A DNA stretch of 64,000 nt from the NCBI RefSeq assembly GCF_018350175.1, contig NC_058368.1:124870001-124934000 (forward strand). Direction: 5' to 3'. Each line of letters starts with the position of its first letter. The stretch's first letter is position 1. The DNA is from Felis catus. Taxonomy: Eukaryota. The notes below the pieces were generated by a model. That model was not told the origin of the DNA. It saw only the letters and a program-made list of their open reading frames with translations, and searched no databases. The translations under genes and the position numbers were made by a program. Shown piece after piece: positions 48,421 to 61,772 of the stretch.

Positions 48421-51400
48421 TGTAGTGCCAATGCATTACGGTATGTGTAAGGTAACAGACTAGACGTTCTTGGCCTGACCCTTTCTTTGGCTACTGGAAA
48501 TCTTTATGTTAAAGGAAATTATTTTAAGTGTGACAGCCGTAATCCATGTTTTTAGAAAATCTGACTAGTGTTTGCACAGCACAGTCTTGATGAGTATTTT
48601 GAGTTGCTGGAAATGTTTTTGTGATAGTTACCCATTGCCCTGTAGAGTTTCCTGACCTTTATTCTGAGTATGTTAAAGACTGTCTTAGATTTTTTTCCTT
48701 GTGAGACGAATCTGACAGTAGGAATCCTTGGTTTCGGTTATCTAAAGTTCTTTGGCACTTTTTTGAGCTTGATTATTTATTTAAAGCCACAGTTCATTTA
48801 TTACCAGGAAGTCGCGCCCCCCCCCCAAATTACCCTAAAAATTATGGTCAACACTGTGCCATGGCAATCTTGAAAGGAGATGGCTGTGATAGTTTTCTGT
48901 GTGCACTTGTAAATATAACTTAGGTTTACGAGAATTAAGTTCCTCTACATTTTCCTGCTTCCGTGAAGATTGGAGTAAAAACTCAGTAGGACAATTCTTT
49001 GAAGGCAGTTGATACTACAAATGAGCTCCAGATAAAAATATTAAACCTTAAATTTGAGAAGTTAATTTTATCTGTTCTGACGAAAGCAACTTTTGAATAC
49101 AGTAAATAATTTAGTACCAGCATTCTAGTCATTAAAGAGCTATGAATATAGAAGAGCAACCACTGTAAAAAATAATGTGTAGAAGTTGTTTAGTGTTGTC
49201 TCCACACAAAATAAGAGGACTAAGATGGAGGCAGGTAGAATTCAGAAACGGTAATTTATGCTTAATTTTTGCATTTCATAACGTAGGTATTTTCCCCCTC
49301 TTTGTTTAAGGAGTGGATTATAATTGTGCAATGTGTGAAATAATGGGCTAATCAGCATAATCACTTTTTAAAAATGAATTTCACTAGCCAGAATGCTGTT
49401 TGTTCACCCTAAGTCATCCCTGCAAATTTCATTTACACCAAAATGTTGATTCCCTAAACTTTTGAAATATAGTGATTTTTCCTTTCAATTTCCTTCTCAG
49501 TGGGATTGAAATTGATTTGCATTTGTTGGTATAAATACTTTGAGTATAAAGAGTTCATTGAACTCTACATTTTACTTTTTTGACAGTTTCATTTGTACTT
49601 TCTGGAGGAAAATTTAGCCTTGAGATTTTGAAATATTTTTATGTTTCAGTAGTAGTAAGGGTCTGGAGACCCCTTCTGTCTAAAGACCTATTGTATGTTT
49701 TAAAGAGAATCCTATGATTTTTAATTTCAGAATTTCCTTCAGGTTTTTGACCTTTGGATGTAGAAACTGGAAATGTAGAAAATATATTTGTGCAGTATAA
49801 ATTATGTAAGTTATACTCATATTAAAAATAGAAAAGTTTAAGTCTGACCCTCTCCTTTAGGGTAATAATTGAAACCATGAAAGTTTTGTGCCTGAAAGTG
49901 GCACGCACAGGTTTGGGATTTTAACTTACATTACAGAATTAGGAACTTTTTCTTCCTATTTATTGTCTTTGAAGAAAAATTGCAGTGTTATCCTCCATTG
50001 AACAGGCTGTTGTGAGTTTGGTAGTTATAATTACTCTATCCTATTTTTGTAACTGAAAAAACCCTAACTATCAATTTGCTGGCCCCATGAAAGAACAAGA
50101 TATGCTGTACTTGTTAATGTTAGTTTTTGTTAAAACTAAAGCTATTTCATAGACTGCTTTTATATCCTCATATAGCCCTCAGCTTTCACTTCCTTTTAGA
50201 AGCTACTGGGTTAAAAATATAATTTAGTGATTTTTTTTTTTTACTAGAGGAGATACAGGAACATTATTACCTAAAAATAAGTTTTAAAAATTAAGTTGAC
50301 GATTTTACAAAACAGTAGAGGGAGTTACATAAGCTAACATATGTGAATTTGTAAGTTTTGTAGTTATGAATTATCTCCAAACTCTCTATTAAATCAAGTA
50401 AGAAAATTAATGCATTCTTCAAAGATTATCCTTATTAAATATAATTCTGAAAGAAAAATATCAGTTATAGTTGTTGCCAACTTTTGTTTTCTTTTCATAT
50501 CTGATTTTGGCAGGGGTAACTGGTTAACCAACATTCCTTAATGTATGATTTCCAATACTCTTTAATAACTCCATTTTGTTAGATACAAAAACCAGGAAGT
50601 AGCCCTGTTCATTGGTACTGTTTCACCTCCTCATAGTGCCTCAAGTCTATGTTGCTTGTCTTAGAAAAATGGTCATTGACTTACTGACTTGAAGATTTCA
50701 AAATATAGAAAGAAAGGAGTGTTCTTTGTTTTCATCGAGTGCAAAATAACCAGCTACAGCTTGCCTAGGCTGTCTGCTCATCAGTCCTTGACACTGGCTG
50801 TGAACATTCCAGAAGAAGAAATAATGGGGTGGCAAGGCAGTTAATGGTGAATGGATTCCCCTGAGGGAAAATATGAGGCATTCAGAAGTGCTCTGAGTTA
50901 GAAAGCACGATTTTGCATTTGTAACCCATTTTCTTGGGTTGAGGGGTCTTTCTCTATAAAGGCAGTAGAAAAACGTGGTATGGAAAAGTAATAGTCTCCA
51001 GAGGCTGCTTACGAACTATAGTATATTGCACCTCTAACCTTGGTAATGTTTTGATTATATCAGATACCAAGTATAGTCCTTAGACTTGGTGGTTTTCCCC
51101 AATCCTGGCCTCTTTTCATATCCTAAGTCAAAAGTTAGAGCTACTTAAAAATGTGAATGGGCAGAAGATAAATGTAAGCAAATGTTCAGTATTAGGAATA
51201 GATCCACATTGTCTCTAACAAATAATTGAAGAACATTTTTAACATGAAAGAAGTAATCAGGAACAGAATTAAAGTAAATGGTTTGTTGCAAAACAGTGAG
51301 ATTAGTCAGGTGATATGTAAGAGGATTTTAGCTATGGCTAAAACATGTTCATTGAGCATACAGATATGTTTGGATTCATTTTATGTAGTCACCTTTCTTC

Positions 51401-53499
51401 CCTTCTGCGGGTCAGACAAGTTACAGCCTTCCAAGGCTTTGTAATTTCTGTTTTCAAGAGGTGGAAACTTATAGGTGATGCTAAAGCCCTTTGATCCCAT
51501 AACTAGAAGACAGCTCCGTCAGTCTGACTCCACAGTTCATTTCTTTCCACCATCTATGCTGCTTTTATTTTTTCAAATTAATAAATTAATTGGTAATTTT
51601 TAAGGAGGAGGTTACTCTGCAGGAGTCATAGTAAACATAATAGGTCTCCACTGAGTGCCATTGCCAATGTATTTGTCTCTTTATATGTATATACTGCATA
51701 GTATTCTGTAACCTGGCCTTGTATATGTAATATAAGTAGACTGTACTAGATCACCTTATTGTGTTAGGCATGAAAAATAATTGATTCATGTTGAGTTTTT
51801 CTTAGATTTCTTGATTTGTGCTGTATTAAATCGGAAGTGGAGGGAAGTGAAGCTGAAATTAAAATCACTCATTTATCCTAATCATCATACATGGAGAGAA
51901 ACTTCCTGTCTAGCTGGACCTTGCTCCTTTGTTGTTGTTCTTTTTTTATTTCATTCATCCAACATTTAAGAATCTCTACAAGATGATAGTCTTTGTATTA
52001 GAGAAAAAGATCATTAATGCGTGGTCTCTGTTTCTCTTGGTGGGTTCTAGTATGCATGTGTTAGCAGTACCATGTTAAGTGCTTTAAGAGAGATGTGAAT
52101 TCAGAGAGACACCCAGATTAAAAATTAGTGTTCTGAATCTCATCCACAGCATTCCACACTGTATTCATGCAGTGAATATGATGGTACCTCCCTAACTTTC
52201 TCAGGGATTAGTTGGCCTTCCAGATTAGTAGTTAAGGGTGGTAGCTTTGTTTTACTTTCTGCAGGGCATTTGGTCTTTTTCCCCTTTCTTAGGACAGGTA
52301 TATGCTGTAGTTTTTCCATTTCTACAGTAATGGAAAAAGGAAATCTAGATACAGATGAGTTTCAAACTGTTTCTGGCTATACTCTTAAGAGGAATATATA
52401 CAGAACTGCAAGTTCAGATGTGATTTTTTTTTTCTTGAAAGAGAAGATGGAGGTATGGGGAACAAGAAACTCAATATATGCCAATGGTGCTTTTAAACTT
52501 TAGTCTTAATTATTAGTAACAGCAACTCTGCTAGTTAAGAAAACAATATTGGGAAATGTAAATTATGCTCTATGGCATAAGATAATCAAGAAAATATCCT
52601 TGTCTTTATATACTCTATGGCATATCACAGTTGGTTTAGGTATGTTTGGTATGGAAGGGAGTTTTATTAGTGACGGAGTCCTTTGGAATACCAGTCTGGT
52701 TAGTTTAGTTTAATAGATTGACATGTCATAGAGTGCCAAGAACTGTTAAGTTCTTAATAACCACCAAGCATATATTTCTGAGAGTACAGTCTGTCACCTG
52801 GAAATCATTAATGAGGCCATCAGACCTCTTGAAGAATGGAGGAAGTCCCTGGAGCTTCCACAGTGCTGTAGTTAGTTAACTAAGTTTATCACATGAAATA
52901 TATTGAGTGTATGTGGAGTAAGGAGAGAGTAGACACTGGGTGGAGACTTTACTCTTGACAAATAGACGTGATCATTACTTTTTTGTTGTTGCCTAAATAA
53001 GTCCTTTAACTGATATATTATCAAATAACCTTCAAACTGGTCTAACAGCATTCTGAATAGTAAATATCAGTTGTTAACAAATGCGGAACTCTGTCTTATT
53101 ATTTATACCATTGCCCAGTACCTAGACTAGTGTCTGCTACCCATGAATGTTAGGTGCCCATAAATGTTAGGATGGATTAATTTTCTCAAAGTGGTTATTT
53201 TTAAATTAGTGTATCTGAAGATTACAATAATTTACTTTGATGTGATTTTAATCATGGTCTAGCTTAAGGCAAGTTTTGAAGTCAAGAACTGTCTCTTAGG
53301 CTTGATATTTAGTAGCAATAGTTGGTGTTTAGCAATCACTGACCATATTGATTGATTTCATATTATGTATAACAAAATAATTAGTTTAATAGCTCAGTGT
53401 AGTTGCAAAGTAATTAGAGCCATGCTCAAAGTATCAAATAGTGAGAAAATGAGTTTCTGATATTTCAAGTGGCTAGTTATTTGGACTGATGGGTAATCC

Positions 53500-54790
53500 T
53501 CCTGATTATCTTCTTCACCCTGACAGTTCTTGCTTGGTGGCCCATCATCACTCTCTTGAACATTAATATTAGAAGATCTTCAGGTTGATCCTAGGGCTTC
53601 TCTCATTTTGTCTTCTCCATCCCTACCCTCATTAATGCCTTGAGATCAATTATTGACTGTTCACAAATGATTGCCGAAGTTCCTAACCATGACTTCTCCT
53701 GAACTCCAGACTTAACATCTAACTGTCTGTGTAACAGAGCCATACTCAGATATCTAAAATCAAATTCAGGACTTTCCCTATACCTTGTTCTACTAATACA
53801 TTCTCGGCTTATGGAATGGCAGAACCAGAACCTAGGAGTTACCCTTGACAGCTCCTTGTATATAGTCCACCATCAGAGGCTGAGGATTTGACTGTTACCA
53901 CATCCTTAAGCCAGGCTTCCATGATCCCTTATTTAGACTAATGTAGTAGCTTCCTGACTTGCCCCTGTATCCTGCTTTCTCCCTTCTAATCTGTTCTCCT
54001 TATTATATGGCCAGAGTGATTATTTTTATTTTTATTTTTATTTTTATTTTTATTTTTATTTTTATTTTCATTTTTATTTTATTTTATTTAAGTAGGCTCC
54101 ATGCCCAGTGTGGAACCCAATGCAGAACTTGAACTCAGGACCTTGAGATCAAGACTGGCTGAGATCAACACTCACGCCCTTAACTGACTGAGCCACCCAG
54201 GTGCCCACAGAGTGATGACTTTAAAATGTTAATCTGATTATAACAATTTTCCTCTAGAAAAGTAAATAAGATTAAATATAAAAACTCTCAGAAGCTTTCT
54301 ATTTGGTTAAAAACAGAGAATCCTTAACATGCTCTACCCAGTCCCTGCCCTGTCTGGCCCTGCGCCTCTCCAGGCTGTCTCAGATCACACTTGCCCTTGT
54401 TCTTTGCTGGCTTGCCTTCTTTCATTTCCTCAAACTCAGCATTCCACCTCTCGCCATAGGGCTTTGGCATGTACTGCATGCTCCCTCTGCCGGGAACACT
54501 CTTCCCCAGTCCCAAGTCAGTACTTCCTTGTTCAAACCTTAGCTCACTGATACTTCCTCAGGGAAGCTTTTCTTCCCTGGTCTCTCAGACTGGCTTGTAG
54601 CACAGTGTCTCTCTACTGTCAATGTTGTGATTTTACATTTGTTATCTCATTTGATGAATTGCTGCCTTCTCCAGAAGATTATAAGACCTGTGTGGGCAGT
54701 GCCTGTGCCTGGATGGGGACCTGGCACCTAGCAAATGCCTGGCCCAGAGTAGACCCCCAGAGTAAATATTTGTGGAATAAATGAGTAAGG
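53500..54790 (+). mobile_element. Degraded L2 LINE remnants
   Basis: CTCCTGAACTCCAGACT..ATCTAACTG, GGCCAGAGTGAT and 3'-end-like GTGCCTGG..AGTAAATATTTGTGGAATAAATGA. Confidence 0.55.
54021..54206 (-). mobile_element. Short CAN-SINE with (ATTTTT)n tail
   Basis: TSD CAGAGTGAT(T/G)A. Confidence 0.85.
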
Positions 54791-55008
54791 ATAATAATGG
54801 CAAGTTTAACCTAGTGGATCATCTGTTTGTCGCCTTGGGTCACAGTACCCTTGGACCTAGCTGAGAATAAACAGCAAAAGCCTAGATGATTGTTGTTGCC
54901 AAGTTCTCAGTTTGTGATAGATTCATGGGAGGTATATGGACTATTAGACATGCCAAGTGCTTTGACTGAGGTAGGACAGCTTAATGTGGCGTGGGGGAAA
55001 TAGCTATA

Positions 55009-55805
55009 TAGTAGTCCCTTACCCCCTTTCCCATGGTTTCACTTTCCGAGGTTTCAGTCAGCCAGCCGCAGTCTGATGATCCTCCTTCCATCTTCTGGCA
55101 CTGTCATCACAAGTTCAGTAGTGCTACCCCTTCCCCTCTCATGCTGTCTCTCTCTCTTTCTCTCAAAAATAAAGAAAAACATTTAAAAAAATTTTAAAAG
55201 GGTTGGGGGGGGGGCCTTGGATGGTTCAGTCAGTGGGTTAAGCATCCAAACTTGGCTCAGGTTATGATCTCACGGTTCATGCGTTCAAGTCCCGCGTTGG
55301 GCTCTGTGCTGACAGCTCAGAGCCTGGAGCCTGCTTCACATTCTGTGTCTGTGTGTCTGTCTCTGTCTCTCTTTCTCACTCTCTCTTCCTCCCTCCACCC
55401 TCCACTCATGCTCCCTCTCTCAAAACTAAATAAAACGTTAAAAATTTTTTTAAAAAAAGTTCATTAGTAGCTTAACACTACGTCTCCAAGTCTACATCAT
55501 TCACCTCACTTCATCTCATCAGATGGGCATTTTATCATGTTACATCATCACAAGAAGGGTGAGTACAGTACAGTAAGACTTGGAGAGAAAGTGACCACAT
55601 TCACATAACTTTTATAAAATTATATTGTAATAATTGTTCTATTCTATCAGTTACTGTTACTCTTACAGTGCCTAATTTATAAATTTATCGTAGGTATGTA
55701 CATATAGGAAAAAACATAATTTATGTAGGGTTCAGTACTATCTCTGGTTTTAGACATCCACTGGGGGTCTTGGAATGTGTTCCTAGTGGATAAGGGGAGA
55801 CTGCT
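55009..55805. mobile_element. MER44B-like TcMar-Tigger element, interrupted by SINEs
   Basis: Termini AGTAGTCCC..CCATGGTTTCACTTTCC and GGATAAGGGGAGACTGCT; internal GGGTGAGTACAGTACAG..CACATTCACATAACTTTTAT. Confidence 0.8.
55126..55458 (+). mobile_element. CAN-SINE 3' fragment (55126-55198) followed by a full CAN-SINE (55211-55458)
   Basis: Two CT/A tails; AAGTTCAGTAGT on the left and AAGTTCATTAGT on the right flank the pair. Confidence 0.85.
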
Positions 55806-55911
55806 CTACTGCATGGTAATCTGTTGTAGGTAAGAAGAGCTTACTGTGTGTATGTAATTCTTTTGCACTTACTAGGGTACTGAAAATGTGTGTGTATGCA
55901 TATTTATGTAT

Positions 55912-56150
55912 ATATGAATAAATATACACATAAAGGTGCCACGCATTAATATAATGATTCCTTTTTTTCAAGTTCTCAAAATGTTATGTAAACTTAAGAT
56001 ATCGTTTTAAGGTTCTTGTCCCAATGTATTCATATGAATAGATATACTCATAAAGATGTTATGCATTAATGTAATTTTTCCTTTTTCACAAACTAGTAAT
56101 GTAATGTAAACTTAAAATACCATTTCCAGGATTCTTGTCCCAATATAATC
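55912..56150. repeat. Diverged tandem duplication, two units of ~120 bp
   Basis: ATATGAATA.ATATAC.CATAAAG.TG...GCATTAAT..ATGTAAACTTAA.ATA..TTCTTGTCCCAAT recurs at a period of ~120. Confidence 0.85.
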
Positions 56151-57735
56151 CTACTTCATGTAAAATTTATTAAACTGTTTTTGATAGTAATTCAACTTGT
56201 AGTAAATAGAAGTTCACATTTGCACTAAAGAGATTTGCTAGGCAAATACTGTCTGAGATTTCAGGAACCAAGAGCCCACGTAACAGAAAGAAAACATTTT
56301 AAAGTTTACTGATGGTAACTAAACCCAGCAGCCTCCCTTATCTAGAACATGGTTTAGCACTAAGATGTAGGGAAAAAAGGCTCTCAGCCGCCAAAGAGCC
56401 TGTAACAAAATCTGTCCTTTGAAGTTCTTTGATTTTACACTTATGAGAGTTCCAAGGGCATTGGCTCAGGATTCACAGACACTTACTTAAGATATTCTTG
56501 TTTTCTTGTCCATTTGGTGTCCCTAAAACACAGCAATCAAAAGCAGCCAATTAGAAGGACTAAGAGTATGAGGGACAGGTTCCCTGATGGCAGCAATACT
56601 GGCAGAGAGATTTGACAGCCAGAGAGGAGAGAGGGAGGGAGAGGAGGATGTCACAGCATTGCTGTTGGGGGACACCTGGTGTGGGAACATTCTGTTCCAC
56701 ATACCTGGATAGCTTCTCAGATTATGAATTTTTTGAATGACAAAACTTTCCACATTACTTCTTGAGCACCAATTTCCTTATTTGTAGAATGACTATGAAG
56801 AAGATTGTTTTTTATAATGTCGAGTGTGGCTCATCATAACAAAGTTGTGGTGTTTCTTTCTATTCAGCCAATGGAAATTAGAATGTTTATAATATATTGA
56901 GTAAGATTTTCATTCAAGATAGTTGTAGCAAGTATTTTGATCCTTAAAGTGGTAAGCTTCTAAATTATCTAGAATAGGTAGTTACATAGCCCTGATGATA
57001 CTAAATAATTGAAGAGTCCGTTAGAATTCCGTAAAATTGTATGCCACTCATTAGAAATGTCGTGTGGATTGTCTCTGTGGGAAAATCTTTTTTGTTCTAT
57101 TTGTTGGCTTTAATCATATTCTACCCTGCAGTTTCTTTACGATACTTCTTAATCACTACCTCTAGGGATATATCCTGACCTTTCTCCTAGTTAAACTGTG
57201 AAGAGTGAAGCAGTAAGCTCTGACTTTTTAACACTGATCAAGTTACTTAATGACTGCAAGGTTTTTGGTTTAATTACTTGGAAAAGTCTGTATGCTTTAA
57301 GGTGATAAGTGTTTTGAAACATATTCACATTTCTTTTTTCTCCTTCGAGGTTAATTGGCTGCATCTCTTTATCTTCTGGATTTCTATTAATATTCTTAAA
57401 TTCTGCTTGGGTAGTAAATAAGATAATTTTAATTGAAACTTAGATTTTATAAAAGATGTGACAGACCAATGTAGATATTAATATTCCTGAAAAAGTTTTA
57501 GGTTTTTTAATCTAAATTTATTTTGAATTATGAAAATATGTTTCAATCTTCTGATACAATGACATCTCCGTGCTGTTTTATGAGGTCCTAATAATGTTTT
57601 TGGGATTCAGGACTTACAGAATTAAACTTCATTACTAAAATGATTGGACAGCCCTTTTGAAAGCAATAGAACAATTATTTTTTTAATTTGTATCTTTATC
57701 ATTTAACAAAAAGGACTACATTGGAGACTACAAAA

Positions 57736-57958
57736 TTTTCTTTTTTCTTTTTTTTTTTAGGTTTTTTTTTTAACATTCATTTTTGAGAGGGTGTGAACAG
57801 GGCAGGGGCAGAGAGAGAGGGAGACATAGAATCCAAAGCAGGCTCCAGGCTCTGAGCTGTCACCACAGAGCCTGACATGAGGCTTGAACTCACGAGCTGT
57901 GAGATCATGACCCGAGCCGAAGTTAGACGCTTAACCGACTGAGGCACCCAGGCGCCCC
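57736..57958 (-). mobile_element. CAN-SINE, antisense in MAP3K1 intron 1
   Basis: Long T tract, GA region, ends CCAGGCGCCCC. Confidence 0.94.
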
Positions 57959-58018
57959 ATAAATTTGCCTTTTTCTTGACAGTATTTTGTTAATTGTGTT
58001 GATAAACATGGAGCTATC

Positions 58019-58234
58019 TTTTTCGTTTTTTTTAATGTTTATTTATTTTTGAGAGAAATCAAGTGTAAGCGGGGAAGGGGCAGAGAGAGAGAGAGGGAGA
58101 CACAGAATCTGAAGCAGGCTGCGGGGTCTAAGCTGTCAGCACAGAGCCCAATGTAGGGCTCAAACCCACTAACTGAGAGATCATGACCTGAGCCGAAGTC
58201 AGTCACTTAACTGACTGAGCCACCCAGGCGTCCC
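58019..58234 (-). mobile_element. CAN-SINE, antisense in MAP3K1 intron 1
   Basis: TSD GAGCTATCTTTTT. Confidence 0.94.
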
Positions 58235-58249
58235 TGAGCTATCTTTTTA

Positions 58250-59420
58250 ATGACTGAATAACATTCTGTTATATGAATGTCTCATTAGCCAGTTTTCTAT
58301 TTTTTTTCTCAGTTTCCTGTTTTTAGACATTTATATTGTTTGTGTTTGGATTGTTATATTAACCTTTAGTGACTGCCATCGTATATGCATTTTTATGTAT
58401 TAGAGAATTTATTTCTATAAAAGAAATATTCAGAAGTGGAATTGCTGAGTCAAAGGACATGGATATTTAAAATTTGATTGTATAGCTGAATTGCATCATC
58501 AAACATTGTACCAGTTTATATTTATTTCTGTTTATTTGACGGTATGTGAGAGTGCCCGTGGCCCCACATTTTGGCTATCATTGGACATCATCCATCTTTC
58601 ATTTTTTGCCAGTCTGGATGAAAGATGGTTTCTTATTTTAATTTGCATTTTTTAGCTTTTTAACATCATTGTACAACTTGCCATATTTATTATGGACAAG
58701 CTGTCATAATAATTTATTGGACAAGTTGTCATATTTATTTCTTTGGTATATTTTCTTTCATACATGGGTAAGAACTGTTTATTTTTTCCTGTTGGTTTGT
58801 GATCACCCTTTGTATGTTAGAATAGCTCTGACATGTATTGCAATTGTTTTCCTCCACTTTTGTGTTGTGTTATGAATTTCAGTTAAGAGTGTTTTTCCAC
58901 AAAGAAAGTTTAATTGTCTTTTCAGATTTCAGTTTTTTCTTTTCATTATTTTTGCATTTAGGTCTTATAGCATGGCCTTCTAGAGATGCAGTGCTGTGTA
59001 GTACTGAAGAGTGCAGATGCATGAATTATAGTCAGAGTGTCACCACTGCCAGGTAGTGTAACTGGGCAGTTACTTACCTTCTTTGCATTTCACTTTTCTT
59101 AACTGTAAGATGAAGATACCATTTCATAGTTATAATGAGGACTGAGTGTTTATATAGCTCTTCAGACAGTGAGTGCTTGGTGCACAGTAAACACCATATA
59201 AGTAATGGTTCTTACTATTCCCTATTGTAAAGTTATACAAATTCACCAGCATTTTCTAATATTTTTATGTATTAAAAAAAAAACTTTAACTTCTGATCCA
59301 TCTGAAGTTGTAAGGAATGGTTCAGTGTCTAACTTCATTGTCTCCAAATGACTAACTAGGTGTCCCAGCACTGTTTATTGATTAAAAGTATTCCCTTTAT
59401 CACATACTAAATTCTCAGAT
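58250..59420 (-). mobile_element. Degraded old L1ME-like fragments with an embedded MIR (~58990-59220)
   Basis: AGAAGTGGAATTGCTGAGTCAAAGG, ATTGTACCAGTTTATA, TTTTAATTTGCATTT, TCCCAGCACTGTTTATTGA motifs. Confidence 0.55.
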
Positions 59421-61772
59421 ATTTGGAAGTTCCCAGATACATTTCTTTATTCCAGATCTTTTTCTTGCACTAAGGGCCTAAACTCCTAAATAGCCACATT
59501 TCAAGATTAAAAGAAAGACATTAATAGAGAGAAAGGATATATCAGGAGATTATTAACTATATCTTTGCTGACTCATTCTTATTGATTTTGGTCCCTGAAA
59601 TGTCTTGGCTTCATTGACAGAACCCTGCATCCTACTGCCTCTGGGATAGTTTCTCTAGAAGGTGCAGCTCCGGCAGGTGCTGCAGCCCTGTGTCCACACT
59701 GAATCCCTGTCACCCTGCCCCCCAGCTTTTCTATCCTCTCCCTCAGTTCTCCTGCTTGTTTTGGGTGCCTGTTGGTAACTCCTGCCATTGTCTCCCTCAT
59801 TGCTGTGCTCTTATTCTTCTGGCTTTCTTATCCTCAGCATCCAAGCAGGCTCCAGTTGTACTGTTGCCAGTTCCCTGCTAGCCTTGGAATTCACCCTACG
59901 GCTGCTAATCCAGGGTCACATTATTGTCACCTCATCCCGATCTTGCAAAGCCTCCTTCCTAACCAGCCTCCTGCTTTTAGACATGTCTTCCTGTCTTTTC
60001 CCTACACTGTAGTTAGAGTGAGGCTTCTACAGTGAGGGTATGACCCTGACACTTCTGTCCACGGAACTTTCCTTCATCCTCAGAATAAAGTCCAGACTCC
60101 TTAATCTAGCTCAGAAGCCCCTGGTGACCAGGTCTGCTCCCCTCTTAGCTCCCCCTTTCAGGACACCGTCTTTATTTTCAATGTGCTGTTTCCTCCATCT
60201 GGAATACTCCTCATCTCCACTATGAAATGGTTTTCAATATGTTTTTACTCCCTTTGCAATAATGAATTACTGGTATTCTACTAAATATAAGTGTGGCTTT
60301 TTGCAGAAGTCAATACTGTATTGTGAATTCTGCTGAACTCTGATTTAAAGTTCCTCAGTATCTGAAATAGATTTGCTGCTTTTAAACCTCTTCAGTTTTT
60401 CCTCTGTGATTGTGTATGTAGTCATGTCTTAACTGAACAACGGTGTTTACGAAGAGTTGTTTGTAAAGTGTACGTTATTATAAAGTGAGTCGGATTTTTC
60501 AGGTTATGTGAAAATTTCATAGGTGCAATGTTGGGAGAATATTTTGGTGCCGCACAATGTATTGCTGTCTTTGGGAATAATCCAAGACCATCTCCCGTAG
60601 GAGAACAAACATGCTGAAATGCTGCAATCACAGGGCTTGACTGTGTCCTGGGCACATCATCACAAGGTTTATATCAGCTGCCTGGCCTCCTCAGGCAAGG
60701 TCCCAGGAAGCCGATGGGCTGTAGGAAGACAGGCCTGTCAGATGTGGGGTCATTTGAAATATCTTTTTGTCTAGTCTTTGCATACTCTTTCCAGAAAAAC
60801 CAAAGGCTAGAGTAGTAAACCTGCCAGGGTGAATGTCCATTACCAGTGCTGTCATCCCCCCTTACACCACCACCATCCGTGCCTTTAAGAGCACTCTGAG
60901 TGACTTCTGTGAACCAGGCTCCAAGGTGCTAGGGACCCAAGAGGGATGATGCGTGTAAAGGAGTTTAACAAGGTAACAGTCTACTGATGACAAGGGTTGT
61001 GCAGCTCTTAGTCATCTGGGAGTGAGACTGGTGTAGGGAGGGTTTTCAGGGAAATGGGAGGTCCATGCCAAGTTCTGAAGAATGCAGAGTTGTGAAACAG
61101 GTGAAAGGAGCTTACAGGGAGACTTCATGAGGTGCAGGGGGAACAGACACAGGCCCTCTGCTGATAAGTGAACTGCAAGTATAGTTCAAATAGCTCTAAA
61201 TGGGTGGAGAGTAGAGTGTACATGGGGCTCAGGAACCAACCTGTGGACAAGATTTCTGTCTCTGCCCAGAGAGCCGTGCAGAGCTCTCTGCTTCATTATT
61301 GCTCCCACTGGTCAATCCTTAGATCTCTGTGCTTAGGGCAAAATAAAAAGCTTTTGTAGTTTTACAGGTAACCACAGTGTGCTAGGAAGTGGAACAGGAG
61401 GCCCAAAGAAGGAGTTACATCAGAGCTGGTGCAAGGTAGTCTGCAGCCACAAGTCTTTCTGGAAGCTATGACTCTTGCATGGCCAGCAGCTCCCACAGTT
61501 GCAGAGGTCCACAGATTGGGAGGTGTTTACCTGCAAAACAAATTCCATCCACTTTGAACCTGAATGTGGTTTTGGAACTGCACTACACTGGGCTGTAGTG
61601 ATTAGGAACCTGGGCCCTAAGAGTCAGACTTGCTAGCCACTTAATACCGTTGGACTCAGGGAAAGTCACTTAACTTCTCTGACCCTCATATTTCTCACCT
61701 CAAAAATGGTGTGAGTGGGGTGATGAGATGAAATAATAAAGCATGATTCTTGACCCAGTAAAGTACTCAGTA

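Noticed and set aside
46070..48431. Long overlapping ORFs in the CpG island (403 aa on minus 46797-48008, 315 aa on plus 46484-47431, 260 aa on minus 47476-48258, and others)
   Set aside because: Stop codons are scarce in very GC-rich DNA. The products are low-complexity Pro/Arg/Ala/Gly with no recognisable domain, mostly non-ATG starts, and they overlap the real exon in other frames.
2800..55467. Recurrent ORF family 'AQVMIS...SVLTAQSLEPA.DSVSPSL' that looks like a multicopy small protein
   Set aside because: Each is a translation of a CAN-SINE body.
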